Of a DNA stretch of 64,000 bases, positions 13,274 to 25,510 are shown piece by piece. The translations under genes were made by a program, and so were the position numbers. This stretch comes from Octopus vulgaris. Lineage: Eukaryota. The first letter of the stretch is position 1. Each line of letters begins with the position of its first letter. The notes under the pieces are model-generated. The model was not told where the DNA came from, made no database searches, and was given only the letters and a program-made list of their open reading frames with translations. Where the stretch lies: positions 30,442,001 through 30,506,000 of the forward strand of contig OX597817.1 of NCBI GenBank assembly GCA_951406725.2, in the 5' to 3' direction.

Positions 13274-13590
13274 GGAGCACTCCGTCGGTTACGACGACGA
13301 GGGTCCCAGCTGATACAACCAACGAAACAGCTTGCTCGTGAAATTAACGTGCAAGTGGCTGAGTAATCCACAGACACGTGTACCCCTAGCGTAGTTATCA
13401 GGGAGATTCTGCATGACACAGAGGGTGACATGGCTGGCCCTTTGAAATAGAGATCATTTTTGTCAGTTGAGTGGACTGGAGCAACGTGAAATAAAGTGTC
13501 TTGCTCAAGAACACAAAGTGTCGCCGGGAATTGAACTCATAACCTTACAATCGTGAGTCGAATGCCCTAACCACAAAGTCACGCGCATTC
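13274..13590 (-). mobile_element. tRNA-derived SINE, head A + tail 2
   Basis: Head and core as in the array (cttgagcaagacactttatttcacgttgctccagtccactca). Tail as in the 57840 SINE (ctcgtcgtcgtaaccgacggagtgc). Confidence 0.88.
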
Positions 13591-13640
13591 ACACTGATTT
13601 GTAAATATACAACTGTATTGTATAATATGTAACACGCATA

Positions 13641-13840
13641 AGGCGGCGAGCTGGCAGAAACATTAGCACGCCGGGCGAAATGCGTAGTTGTGAGTTCAAA
13701 TTCCGCCGAGGTCCTTTCATCCTTTCGGGGTCGATAAATTAAGTACCAGTTACGCACCGGGTCGATGTAATCGACTTAATCCCTTTGTCTGTCCTTGTTT
13801 GTCCCTCTACGTTTAGTCCCTTGTGGGCAATAAAGAAATA
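13641..13840 (+). mobile_element. Family N SINE with 17-bp TSD
   Basis: Flanked on both sides by aatatgtaacacgcata. Confidence 0.88.
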
Positions 13841-13974
13841 AATATGTAACACGCATATTAGTGCAGACACGTAAACAATTTATTATACACTAGAATTATT
13901 ATCACATGATGAAAGCTGCGATTCAGCCGTAACCATAAGATTGTATCAAGTAGTTAAATAAATATATTCACCCA

Positions 13975-14362
13975 AGGTGGCGAGCTGACAGAAACGTTAG
14001 CACGTCTGCCGTTACGTTCTGAGTTCAAATTCCGCCGAGGTCAACTTTGCCTTTCATTTCTTTCGGGATCGATAAATTAAGTACCAGTTACGCACTGAGG
14101 TTCATATAATCGACTTAATCCGTTTGTCTGTCCTTGTTTGTCCTCTCCGTGTTTAGCTCCTTGTGGGTAGTATATAAATCGGTATTTCGTCTGCCGTTAC
14201 GTTCTGAGTTCAAATTCCGCCGAAGTCGACTTTGCCTTTCATCCTTTCGGAGTCGATCAAATAAGTACCAGTTACGTACTGGGGTCGATATGATTGACTT
14301 AATCTGTTTGTCTGTCTTGTTTGTCCCCTCTCTGTTTAGCCCCTTGTATGTAGTAAAGAAAT
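13975..14362 (+). mobile_element. Family N SINE dimer
   Basis: The second unit restarts at ggtatttcgtc. Flanked by atatattcacc. Confidence 0.85.
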
Positions 14363-15289
14363 AATATATATATTCACCTCTAATACCTCCTGATTTTTTA
14401 TTGTTTATATATTCCTCACGAAATAATCCCATCGGTCGGATCGCCTGCAGTTCTGCTACATAGAATTCTGCATTACACACCTCCATACTGGATTACTATC
14501 TGATTTGTTAGCCGAGTCTGCTAGAGGAGCTTTCTGTGATAGCCATACGATTCTATGAATCCATACATTACACTAAAAAGTTACACATTAATGTGTGTGT
14601 ATGTGTGTGTGTGTGTGTGTGTCTGTGTGTACAGATTATTCTAAGATTTGTACTATTTTTTAACACCATTCAATTTACTTCTTTTATTTACTTGACTTCA
14701 GTCATATATGCTGATACTGCAATATTCTCAATTTAACGAACATCACTATATAATTAGTCTTATGCCTTGTGAGAGTCATGCTACCAATAGCCAACAAATT
14801 CTTGTGAAACAATTTCAAAAACGAAAACGCTATATAATTATTTGATTTAATCTGGCCAATTTATAAATCATAACAATCAATGTTTAATTAAGTAGCTCAT
14901 AATAATATTCTCGCGCTCTTACTGTCCTTCACTGCTCTAATTCAAGGATTACCATTTCCTGCGATTATTTATTCTAATTTGTTCTTATTTCAAACTAATC
15001 CAACTTTACTTTCACAAATTTCACAATACTCATAGGAAAGCTAAAGTGTCTGACACCATTTCACTCTACTTCATGACTTGATTACTTTATAATAATTAAT
15101 TACGCTCAGAAAATTATGTAATCAGTAATATTCTTTAGTCTTTTACAACCATACTCTTCGAAACCTAATTCCAATTTGTAATTAAGCAAAAGCGCTTTTT
15201 TCATTGTTTTTCTTAAAATTAGATATTCCGAACGATGTTCACTTTAATTCTGGTGACTTCCCCTTCCTATACATCATAATTTTTCAATT

Positions 15290-15510
15290 TCTTTATTACC
15301 CACAAGTGGCTAAACACAGAGAGGACAAACAAGGACAGACATAGGTATTAAGTCGATTACATCGACCCCAATGCGTGACTGGTACTTAATTTATCGACCC
15401 CGAAAGGATGAAAGGCAAAGTCGACCTCAGCGGAATTTGAACTCACAACGTAACGCAGACGAAATACCGCTAAGCATTTCGCCCGGCGTGCTAACGTTTC
15501 TGCCAGCTCT
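15290..15510 (-). mobile_element. Family N SINE
   Basis: Reverse complement of the 13641 and 55042 copies. Confidence 0.85.
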
Positions 15511-15799
15511 CACCATAGTCAAACCCACAACTAATCAATTCTCCCCATCCCCACCTCGTTACCTTCGTCTAAATAAAAAATTTAGCGACCTTTCTTCCGA
15601 CCGTCATCCTTTACTAAACTTTCACTTATTTGTCCCCGCCTTTTACATTCCTTTTCTTCTTTTTCTCCTCGCTTTTCTTCTTTTCGAATAACACGTCATA
15701 CATGTGCGTTTTTGATTAATTCACTAATTTGTCCTGATCATTTCAAATATATATAAAACCAAAATCATTTGTAAATGCGTGTGCAAGTATACACGCATC

Positions 15800-15896
15800 T
15801 CTCTCTCTCTTCTCTATTTGGTCCCCACCTCTCTCTCTCTCTTGCTCTCTCTCTCTCTCTTGCTCTCTCTCTCTCTCTTGCTCTCTCTCTCTCTCA

Positions 15897-15931
<35 letters not shown>

Positions 15932-15945
15932 ACATAAATATATAT

Positions 15946-15997
<52 letters not shown>

Positions 15998-16039
15998 CCA
16001 CAGCTCAAGAGCTGAAACTGGAAAACATAAATAAAACAT

Positions 16040-16110
<71 letters not shown>

Positions 16111-16180
16111 TATAGATAGATATAGATATATAGATATATAGATATATATATACACTTATTTATGTATGTATATATATATA
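15800..16180. repeat. (TC)n, (TA)n and (TAGA)n microsatellite cluster
   Basis: Seen directly. Confidence 0.9.
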
Positions 16181-16612
16181 ATTTTATAGTTCTCTGAATT
16201 TAACTTCTACGTGTGCAATCATACATGCATGTATGTAGTTAATTGATTTAAAAGCGAAGCTCCGAGGAAACTAGATGTGAACTGTATCGGCAAAAATTAT
16301 ACAAAGAATTTCGTGTGTTTGGATAAGTTCATACGGGGAGCAGATGCATCTGGCGTTTCGTGACTCGCACTTCGTCAGAGCGAAAATACATTTTTCAGGT
16401 TCCACTTGCGTGTTACCCATGCTTAGCGAGGAGAGAAAGATAAGAGTATCTTTATTGTTTATTTATGCTTTTTTTGTAGGTGACAAATTTGGCATAATCC
16501 CATTCAAGAATATTTTCGAAGTTTTTCTGTATGCTAGGAAAGCAGGTTTTGCGTGAGGTGTCAAGTTTGTAAGTGGTGAACATTTAGCTGTTGAAAATTA
16601 TGGATAAGTAGA

Positions 16613-16667
<55 letters not shown>

Positions 16668-16776
16668 GTATATAAAAGTGGGTTTTGGTGATGATGAAGA
16701 GAGATAAGTCAGAGATAACTACATACATATATGCAAATGTACACATATATATATATATATGTATGTGTGTCTGTTG

Positions 16777-16845
<69 letters not shown>

Positions 16846-17044
16846 TGAGAGATTAGTAGCGCGAAGCAGTCACAGGAAATTAACAAACTTTAGGTTAGTT
16901 CAAATACGTTTGGAGCACATTTCAACTCCTAAAGGCGATTTCTCACAGCAGTTTACTGTAAAGAAAAAAAAAAGTCACTTATCAGCTGAGAGCGCCCTCC
17001 TTGAACACCTAGATGTGCATTTCTGGTTCTTGTAAGTCTTTGTC

Positions 17045-17289
17045 TCCTTTCCCTGTAGCGGATACCAAAAGGAGGAGTTGACAGTAAGCTTTAGTTTTAT
17101 AATAAATCAGTAAATACTAGTTAATGATTACGCTAGTAGACCAACTGGTCTGATCAAATACATGAAGCAGCAGGTGGTGTACTAGCGCAAAACAGTTACT
17201 AATAGTTACTGGTTTGTTATAAAGCTAAAGCTTTCTATCAGCAAAGGGTTAATTCTTTTCGATATCCACTACCGAGGACGGAAAAGGAA
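17045..17289. repeat. Diverged ~245-bp palindrome (old MITE or RNA hairpin)
   Basis: Arm pairs include aagctttagttttataataaatcagtaa / ttactggtttgttataaagctaaagctt and cgctagtagacca / tggtgtactagcg. Confidence 0.75.
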
Positions 17290-17805
17290 CCTGGGATGCG
17301 CATCTAGCGGTCTAAGGATGGGACAATGAGGCACACCAAATTTGATGTACTGTATGTTAGAGAAAGAGAGAGCCTGTTTCATACACGCACTCATTATGTG
17401 ATACAGCCGAATGGTTTCGATACAAGACATGTGGGACGTATGCCAGACATGGCTTTGATAAACGAAAAAAACTTATTAAAAGCATTCAGTAGTTTTATAT
17501 ACGTACATGTAATAGGAATTACGACACGTTTTACGTTGACTTTACATATCTCATCGACTCCATTTATTTTTCCCTTTGAGTTAAACTGTTCATTAACTTT
17601 TTCGAAGTTTTCTATTTATGGTATTGGTTTGGATTGAATTGCCTCTGTTAAGACAACTGCAGGACGAAGGCCGCAGCATGTTCTCTCCACCAAACACGGT
17701 CCGATGGGGAGGCTGTGAATTTGAGCTTGAGATCATACACGCTAGCTCAGCATGGCTTTACAGAGGAGTGCAGGTTTATATTCTTGCTTAAGAGTAGTTA
17801 AGACT

Positions 17806-19210
17806 CCAGTGCTCAGCTGGTACTTAAGTTTATCGATCCCCCAAAAAAGCAGAGAAGGGCAAAGTCGGCCTCGGAGGAATTTGAACTCAGAGCGTAAGGA
17901 CGGACGATATACCTATTTCTTTACTACCCACAAGGATCTAAACACAGAGAGGATCTTTTCAATTCTGAAGCCAGGACCACAGATCTTTCTACTTAACTAA
18001 ATATTCTGAAACTTCGTATGCTGATAGAGTCTAGCAAAACAAGACACAGGTTGGAACTAGTTTATTTGAGAAAAATCTATTTTATGACTTTAATCGTAGA
18101 TTAAAACTGCGAATTTTAACCAATCAGAGTGTTTGTTTTCATGTGTAAAACTTGACTGCATTCTATTAGTGTGACGTAGAAAGCGCTTTTGTGACGTACT
18201 AACGTTCGGAAAACTGTAAACAAACACAGAACGTAACGGCAGACGAAATACGGCTACGCATTTCGCCCGGCGTGCTAACGTTTCTGCCAGCTCTTTGCTT
18301 TTTTAATATTAAATTTCTTGCCTTTTGCACAAATAAATACAATAAGTGAAATGAAACGCATTAGCTTAGAAACGAAATCTTGTTAGAAGCCTCGTCACTG
18401 AGATGCCACTTCTTAATAGCAAACGAAAGCAAGTACTAACAGAATGGAAACATTTTCAATTTAATACATGTGGCTTATTAACTAGTTTTAAATATTGTTA
18501 TTAGAAGGTGGCTGACTATAGGATCCTGGAAACATGAGTACGTTAAATAATTAGAAGGAGATTTCACGGAGACATGCGGCTTGTTTACATTTAAGATGTT
18601 TAATACGTCACCAAATTGGTGGTCGAGACGGAGTAAATAAAATAAAGCCGAATGACGGAATATCATTGGTTAAAATTCTAATTATTAAACAACGTTAAAC
18701 TTAGAAGTTCAATTCCGTTTTCATTCTGGTTTACAATTAAGTTTACTTTTGACACATTCTACCAGTATACGAAGTTTCAAATTGTTTGGTTCAGTAGGAA
18801 AAATTTGAAAAAACTGGCTTCAGAATTGAAAAGATCCCACAGAGAGGACAAACAAGGACAGACAAACGGATTAAATCGATTATATCGACCCCAGTGCGTA
18901 ACTGGTACTTATTTAATCGACCCCGAAAGGATGAAAGGCAAAGTCGACCTAGGCGGAATTTGAACTCAGAACGTAACGGCAGACGAAATACCTATTTATT
19001 TACTACCCACAAGGGGCTAAACACAGAGGGGACAAACAAGGACAGACAAACGGATTAAGTCGATTATATCGACTCCAGTGCGTAACTGGTACTTATTTAA
19101 TAGACCCCGAAAGGATGAAAGGCAAAGTCGACCTCGGCGGAATTTGAACTCAGAACGTAACGGCAGACGATATACCGCTAAGCATTCAGCTAGGCATTCC
19201 AGCTCGCCGC
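17806..19210 (-). mobile_element. Family N SINE trimer interrupted by a MITE
   Basis: Three successive body-tail units. The middle one is split at cacagaga. Confidence 0.8.
17951..18837. mobile_element. Non-autonomous DNA transposon (Merlin-like MITE)
   Basis: Perfect 24-bp TIR ggatcttttcaattctgaagccag / ctggcttcagaattgaaaagatcc and exact 8-bp TSD cacagaga (17943-17950, 18838-18845). Confidence 0.88.
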
Positions 19211-19718
19211 TTTCGTGGTATTTTTCATTGAAGTATGAAAACGGTCAAATGAAATTTTGTACAACATTATACCTGTTTTATCGACCTCTTCTGCCATTAA
19301 TCACTTTTCTATATATGCTTATTTGAATATTTATATACCGAAATATTATTCTCCACAGCATCACATCCTTCTACTGATTGTTCAGTTAGGTGTGTAACCA
19401 ACAAAATATCGTTTACAGGAATTTCATCATTGTCATTGATTATATTAAATTTAACTATTCATATTTCTGAGATTCTTAGAATTAATTATCAGCAGTTTTT
19501 TCAGATGTGTTAATGCTTTCCACATGAGGATACTCTTGTATTATTATTATAATATGATTTAAAGATTTCATTTCTATATTTCTATGTAATTTTATAGTAA
19601 AAGAAATTAACTTAGATCTAATTAGAATATTTCAAAATTCTCATGGCTGCAGGAGTAGGAGACATTATTACAGATGGGTATTGAAATTACTCAGGTAAGA
19701 TCTTGCATATGGGTATAT

Positions 19719-19775
<57 letters not shown>

Positions 19776-20214
19776 GTTAGATAGCCATGCTGGTAAAATT
19801 CTTGATATATTTATACATATGCACATAATTATCTACACAGACATTCTGTAGATGTGTGAGTTTATTTATATATTTCTGTTTTAGCATATATTTATCAGTC
19901 TAAACATGTGTGTGCGTGTATATATGTATATATATAAGTATGTATGTATGTATGTATGTATGTATATATACACACATATATATATTACATATGTGTGTGT
20001 GTGTGAGAGAGAGAGAGAGTATGCATGTATCACTACATTTCAGTGACTATGAGCTTCATTTCTTATCTGCATCTTGAAAACATTTAATAAAATTTAGATA
20101 ACAGTAGGTGATAATGCAGCAACTACGGGCTTTAATTTTAAGTTGCTGTCATTGATTAGGAATGACGGTATGTGCGTATATCAGACCATCACACACACAC
20201 ATATACACACACAT

Positions 20215-21615
20215 ATGATGGATTCTCTTGTCATGAACGACAAATGAAGATTTGCTAAAATGAAATGTTGATCATGCTTTATGGACATGAATACGTCTCT
20301 TGAGACCTGCTGGTTCCTTGCAAACCTTTTGGCAAATGGTACAAGTTGAAGACTCAGTTTGAGTGCTTTGTGATTATTTACCATATGTTTTCTTGAGTGG
20401 ACGGCTAGGCTTGCTTTGCTTCGTTCCACAAAACCACAATGACAGGTAAGGTTTCCATTTAGAGGAGCAACGTTTTGCCAGCGAGTTTTCATGCTTGCAC
20501 AAAGTTGGTTCCGTGTTGGAGTCGATTTTGCTCAAATTTTTGAACGGAAGAGAAGCAGGACTGGCGCCAGGTTTGTATTCTGATGCTTTGTTTTCCCAGG
20601 AAAGAAAGGAAATGTTGCATCGTTTCAGATTGTCTTTCAATTTGTCTTTGAAGCGCAAGACTGGCTTTCCAACTGACTTTCCTGTTGAGAATTGGTCAAA
20701 GAAAAGTTGCTTCGAATTTCTGATACTACTCGTGCGTGAGAGATGACCTGACCATCTAAGCTGTATTTTGATGAGGATGGCTTCAGTAGCTGATATGTTG
20801 CATTTTGTAAGTACCTCACTGTTATGAATGTAGCTGCTCGGTTTTATGTTGGAGATAGTACGCAAGCATCGCATATGAAAAGCGTCAAGCTGATTGATGT
20901 ACCTCCGGTACAAAGTCCAAGATTCAGCACCATAAAGCAATGTTGTCAGGACCATCGACTTACTCATTACTCTCTTCTACTCTTTTACTTGTTTCAGTCC
21001 TTTGACTGCAGCCATGCTGGAGCACCACCTTTAGTCGAGCAAATCGACCCCGGGACTTATTCTTTGGAAGCCTAGTACTTATTCTATTGGTCTCTTTTGC
21101 CGAATCGCTAAATCATGGGGACATACACACACCAGCATCGGTTGTCAAGCAATGATAAGGGAACAAACACAGACACACAAATATACACACACAAACATAC
21201 ACACACACACGCACACACACACATATATATATATATATTCGACAGGCTTCTTTCAGTTTCTGTCTACCAAATCCACTCACAAGGCTTTGGTCGGCCCGAG
21301 GCTATAGTAGAAAACACTTGCCCAAGATGCCACGCAGTGGGACAGAACCCGGAACCATGTGGTTGGTAAGCAAGCTACTTACCACACAGCCACTCCTGTG
21401 CCAATATACATTAACTTTCACCTTCAACGATACGTCAGGGTTGTTCCATAGCCTGCGATAAAGCTTACCGCAAGCGGAGCTATCCTCCCCGATTCTGGAC
21501 TCGATTTCTTTATCCATCTTCGCATCACTGGACACAATGGAACCAAGATAAGTGAAAGAGCAAACAGTTTTTAATTCTTTCCCATCAACATATGCAGTAG
21601 GGGCAACAGCGGGAA
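20215..21615 (-). mobile_element. RTE-clade LINE 3' part, split by a SINE
   Basis: FTYLGS..S.DAKMDKEIESRI, VLTTLLYGAESWT, FHMRCLR, QLRWSGH, and a terminal C-H finger CHCGF..SKASLAVHSRKH. Confidence 0.9.
20960..21400 (-). mobile_element. tRNA-derived SINE family C (internal TA/TG microsatellite, gtaaaaga tail)
   Basis: Head ggagtggctgtgtggtaagtagcttgc. It interrupts the RTE reading frame between KVNVY and SMVLTT. Confidence 0.88.
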
Positions 21616-21861
21616 GATGGTCACGAATGTGCTGATGGACAAGCTAAGTTTTCTAGATGCTGATGGTCAGACCAAAGAACTTCGTAAACAACAAAACAAC
21701 AACAGCAAAAGAACTATGAGAATTTTAAAAAATGATAAAATCTATGCTTTTGCTGTCAGATTACGGGCGAGTTGTGTTCCCAGCATTTCGAAACGACTGG
21801 AATTTATATTTAAATTAGAAGAATGCAAAATATATGTATGCTATTGCTCATCTACGAACAT

Positions 21862-21946
<85 letters not shown>

Positions 21947-21947
<1 letters not shown>

Positions 21948-22180
21948 TGCCATGATAGATCGCTAGCCACTACACATTCTTTATTTTCTCTGTTTTCTCC
22001 CCTTCTCTATTTTCTCTCCTTGTTTCTTTCTGTGTTCCTTTCTGTGGAAGAGCGTAGGCTCGAAACGTTAAAGATTTTTTCAATTAGCGAGCGTTAAACT
22101 AATACATCTGTTTGTTGTCTATACCACTTGTCTTCGTCTTTTGTTTTGTTTTTTTTGCTGGAATTCTCTCCCCGCCCTCT
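21947..22180 (+). mobile_element. Probable Penelope-like terminal fragment in (TAGA)n, with a hammerhead-like motif
   Basis: Pyrimidine-rich insert flanked by (TAGA)n. Motif cttt-ctgtgga-a-gagc-gtag-gctc-gaaacgtt-aaag at 22038-22073. Confidence 0.5.
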
Positions 22181-22314
22181 AGATAAATAAATAGATAGAT
22201 AGATAGATAGATAGATAAACAGACAGACGGACAGACAGACTAACGGATGGAGAGACAGCAGACAGGCAGGCAGACAGACAGGCTGACAGACAGACATACA
22301 GATAGATAGTTAGG

Positions 22315-22348
<34 letters not shown>

Positions 22349-22459
22349 CATTGATAGATAGATACATTGATAGATAGATAGATAGATAGATTGAGAGATA
22401 GATAGATTGATAGATAGATAAATTGATTGATATATAAATTGATAGATAGATAGATATAC

Positions 22460-22542
<83 letters not shown>

Positions 22543-22550
22543 GATAGAGA
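22180..22550. repeat. (TAGA)n/(CAGA)n microsatellite
   Basis: Seen directly. Another tract lies at 21863-21946. Confidence 0.95.
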
Positions 22551-22763
22551 GAGGAACTGATAGAGGAGGAGGAACTGTGAACAATTTATGAAATTCTCCG
22601 TCAAGTAACTCTTTCTCATACTTTCCACTCATCATTAGCATAGAAAGAATGCGTTTGCATTGTTATTTCACTCAAACGGAAACTTCTGAGTATCTAAATT
22701 ATTTCATTCCTGATTTACGTTATGCTGTGCTTAATACGTGTGTGTTCGTGCTTACATGTATAC

Positions 22764-23162
22764 TCTTACTCTTTTATTTGTTTCAGTCATTTGACTGTGG
22801 CCATGCTGGAGCACCACCTTTTTAGTCGAGCAAATCGACACCAGGACTTATTCTTTGTAAGCCTTGTACTCATTCTATCGGTCTCTTTTGCCGAACCGCT
22901 AAGTTACGGGGACGTAAACACACCAGCATCGATTGTCAAGCGATGTTGGGAGGACAAACACAGACACACAAACATATACACATACATATATATATACACA
23001 TATACGACGGGCTTCTTTCAGTTTCCGTCTACCAAATCCACTCACAAGGCTTTGGTCGGCCCGAGGCTATAGTAGAAGACACTTGCCCAAGGTGCCACGC
23101 AGTGGGATTGAACCCAGAACCATGTGGTTGGTAAGCAAGCTACTTACCACACAGCCACTCCT
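22764..23162 (-). mobile_element. SINE family C
   Basis: Close match to the 20960-21400 copy. Confidence 0.88.
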
Positions 23163-23999
23163 ATGTGTGCGTGAATGCCTATATTCAAGAAGAAATACAT
23201 GAAAAGAAAACAAGAGAAGGATAACAGGTGAATAAAAGCATACATGAATGACAGACAAAAGAAGTGTAGATATTGCTGCATATTGTTGTGAGCTTCATGA
23301 TGAAACATAGTGTTTATCGGACGGAATGGCGAAAACGAATAAGAATGAATAAGGTTGACTGAGAGTAAATAGAAAAAAAGTGAGGAAGAGAGATAAATTT
23401 TTGCATTGAGATTTATATCGAATGAAGGAGTAGAAACGTATTAAGCATTTGAAGGAATTGTATATTTATCAAACAGCAGTTTAGAAGTAAACAATATGAT
23501 GTAAAATTTATGATAAATAATTTGATGTATAGATGAAGATTAGGAAAACACGTTTTGAATAATTAATGAAGAAAAGGAAAACACGAGAAATTGCAAGATA
23601 GAAAGAGATACATATTAAGAGCATAAGAAAAGGAAGAGAGTGGTGCTAATGCACACAAACACACACATACACACATCCATATGCATATATGTAGATAGAT
23701 ACTGATATATAGCTATGTAAACCGATATAATAAAATGCAATAAAAATATTAATAGAGAAAAAATACCGTAAGAATGAAGATATAAAACGTTCAATAATTT
23801 GAAGATAAATTCAAATTCATTTTCCATTTGTAGAAAAAGAAGAAAGACAAAGTTTTGCGGGTTCTCATTCCCCTAAAAACTCGAATGAAGAAATTAAGAT
23901 GGAACAGCTGACCCATGTTTAAGTAAATAATAAAATGCAAAGCAAAATAGACTAGAAATGTATAGAAAATTTAACAGAAATTCGAGATGTTTTACTAGT

Positions 24000-24262
24000 C
24001 ATCATCATCATTGTTCGACCGTGGTCGAGACAATGGAATTTACCATGCTACGCCAGACTTCACGGTCCATCATGGCATTACGGAGGTCCTGTTGCTGGAT
24101 GCCTGTATCCCTGGAGATTACATCAGGGTAGGAGAGTGTGCGCCCTCTGTTATTGCGAGTAGATGGCTTCCAGAGGAGAAGAGTAGAAATTACCTCTGTT
24201 TCAGCTCTACAACAATGTCTAGCAAACTGGACGCTCTTACCTTTCACAAGAGATGACACAAG
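24000..24262 (-). mobile_element. RTE-like LINE 3' fragment
   Basis: QFARHCCR...LLLWKP...RGR...MMDREVWR then stop and a (TGA)n tail. Confidence 0.7.
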
Positions 24263-24725
24263 GTAGTTACTAGTAGTAACGCTTTAGTTTTTAAACTGGC
24301 CATATCAGGTCCAAATATTCTCCAATTTATGTTCAAACCGCCCGGATTCCGCCTCTTACACTTACTCTATAATGTCATTGTAATAATACACAATCACATC
24401 GTCGTAATCTTCAAGATATGAGGTGACGCATGACTAATTCAAAGCAATATAAATAAATAAGCATTACAGTCGTCAGACTAACCTGGATGCTAAAGTGTTA
24501 AGTAAAAAGAAAAGTGGAGGCAATGCTGAATACTAAGAATTTTATAGCATTAGAATTGTTAATACTTTAATGAAGCTTTTTGTGGTTAAAGGTTAGTTAG
24601 TCAAGAACAGACACATACACATACATACACACACCTGCACACTCATGCTCACACGCAGACTCGGACTCTGCCCACGCACATACATATATGTATAGTTGTG
24701 TTTCTATATATACGTGTGTGTTCGT

Positions 24726-25057
24726 ATATGGCTCAGTGGTTAGAGTGTCGAGCTTACGATCGTGAGGTTGTCAGTTCGATTCTCGGACCGCGCTGCGTGT
24801 TGTGTTCTTGAGCAAGACACTTTATTTTACGTTGCTCCAGTTAACTCAGCCGAAGAAATGAGTTGCGACGTCACTGGTGCCAAGCTGTATCGGCCCCTTT
24901 GCTTTTCCCTTGGATAACACTGGTGGCGTGGAGAGGGGAGACTGGTATGTATGGGCGACTGCTGGTCTTCCATAAAACAACCTTGCCCGGACTTGTGTCT
25001 AGGAGGGTAACTTTCTAGGTGCAATCCCATGGTCATTCATGACCGAAGGGGGTCTCC
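24726..25057 (+). mobile_element. tRNA-derived SINE, head A + tail 3
   Basis: tggctcagtggttagag A box and the same core as the array, then an unrelated tail ending gaccgaagggggtctc. Confidence 0.8.
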
Positions 25058-25105
25058 ATATATAGACATAGATAGATAAACAGAGCCATCGATTTCTGCA
25101 TATCT

Positions 25106-25510
25106 GGAGTGACTGTGTGGTAAGTAGCTTGCTAACCAACCACATGGTTCCGGGTTCAATCCCACTGCGTGACATCTTGGGCAAGTGTCTTCTGCTATAG
25201 CCCCGGGCCGACCAATACCTTGTGAGTGGATTTGGTAGACGGAAACTGAAAGAAGCCTGTCGTATATATGTATATATATATATATGTATGTGTGTGTGTT
25301 TGTGTGTCTGTGTTTGTTCCCCTAGCATTGCTTGACAACCGATGCTGGTGTGTTTACGTCCCCGTAACTTAGCGGTTCGGAAAAAGAGACCGATAGAATA
25401 AGTACTAGGCTTACAAAAAGAATAAGTCCCGGGGTCGAGTTGCTCGACTAAAGGCGGTGCTCCAGCATGGCCGCAGTCAAATGACTGAAACAAGTAAAAG
25501 AGTAAAAGAG
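25106..25510 (+). mobile_element. SINE family C
   Basis: Full-length copy, inverted relative to the 22764 and 20960 copies. Confidence 0.88.

Noticed and set aside
14115-14486. Recurrent ORFs of type MRNWYLI.RPRKDERQSRPRRNLNSE
   Set aside because: Antisense translation of the family N SINE core, not a gene family.
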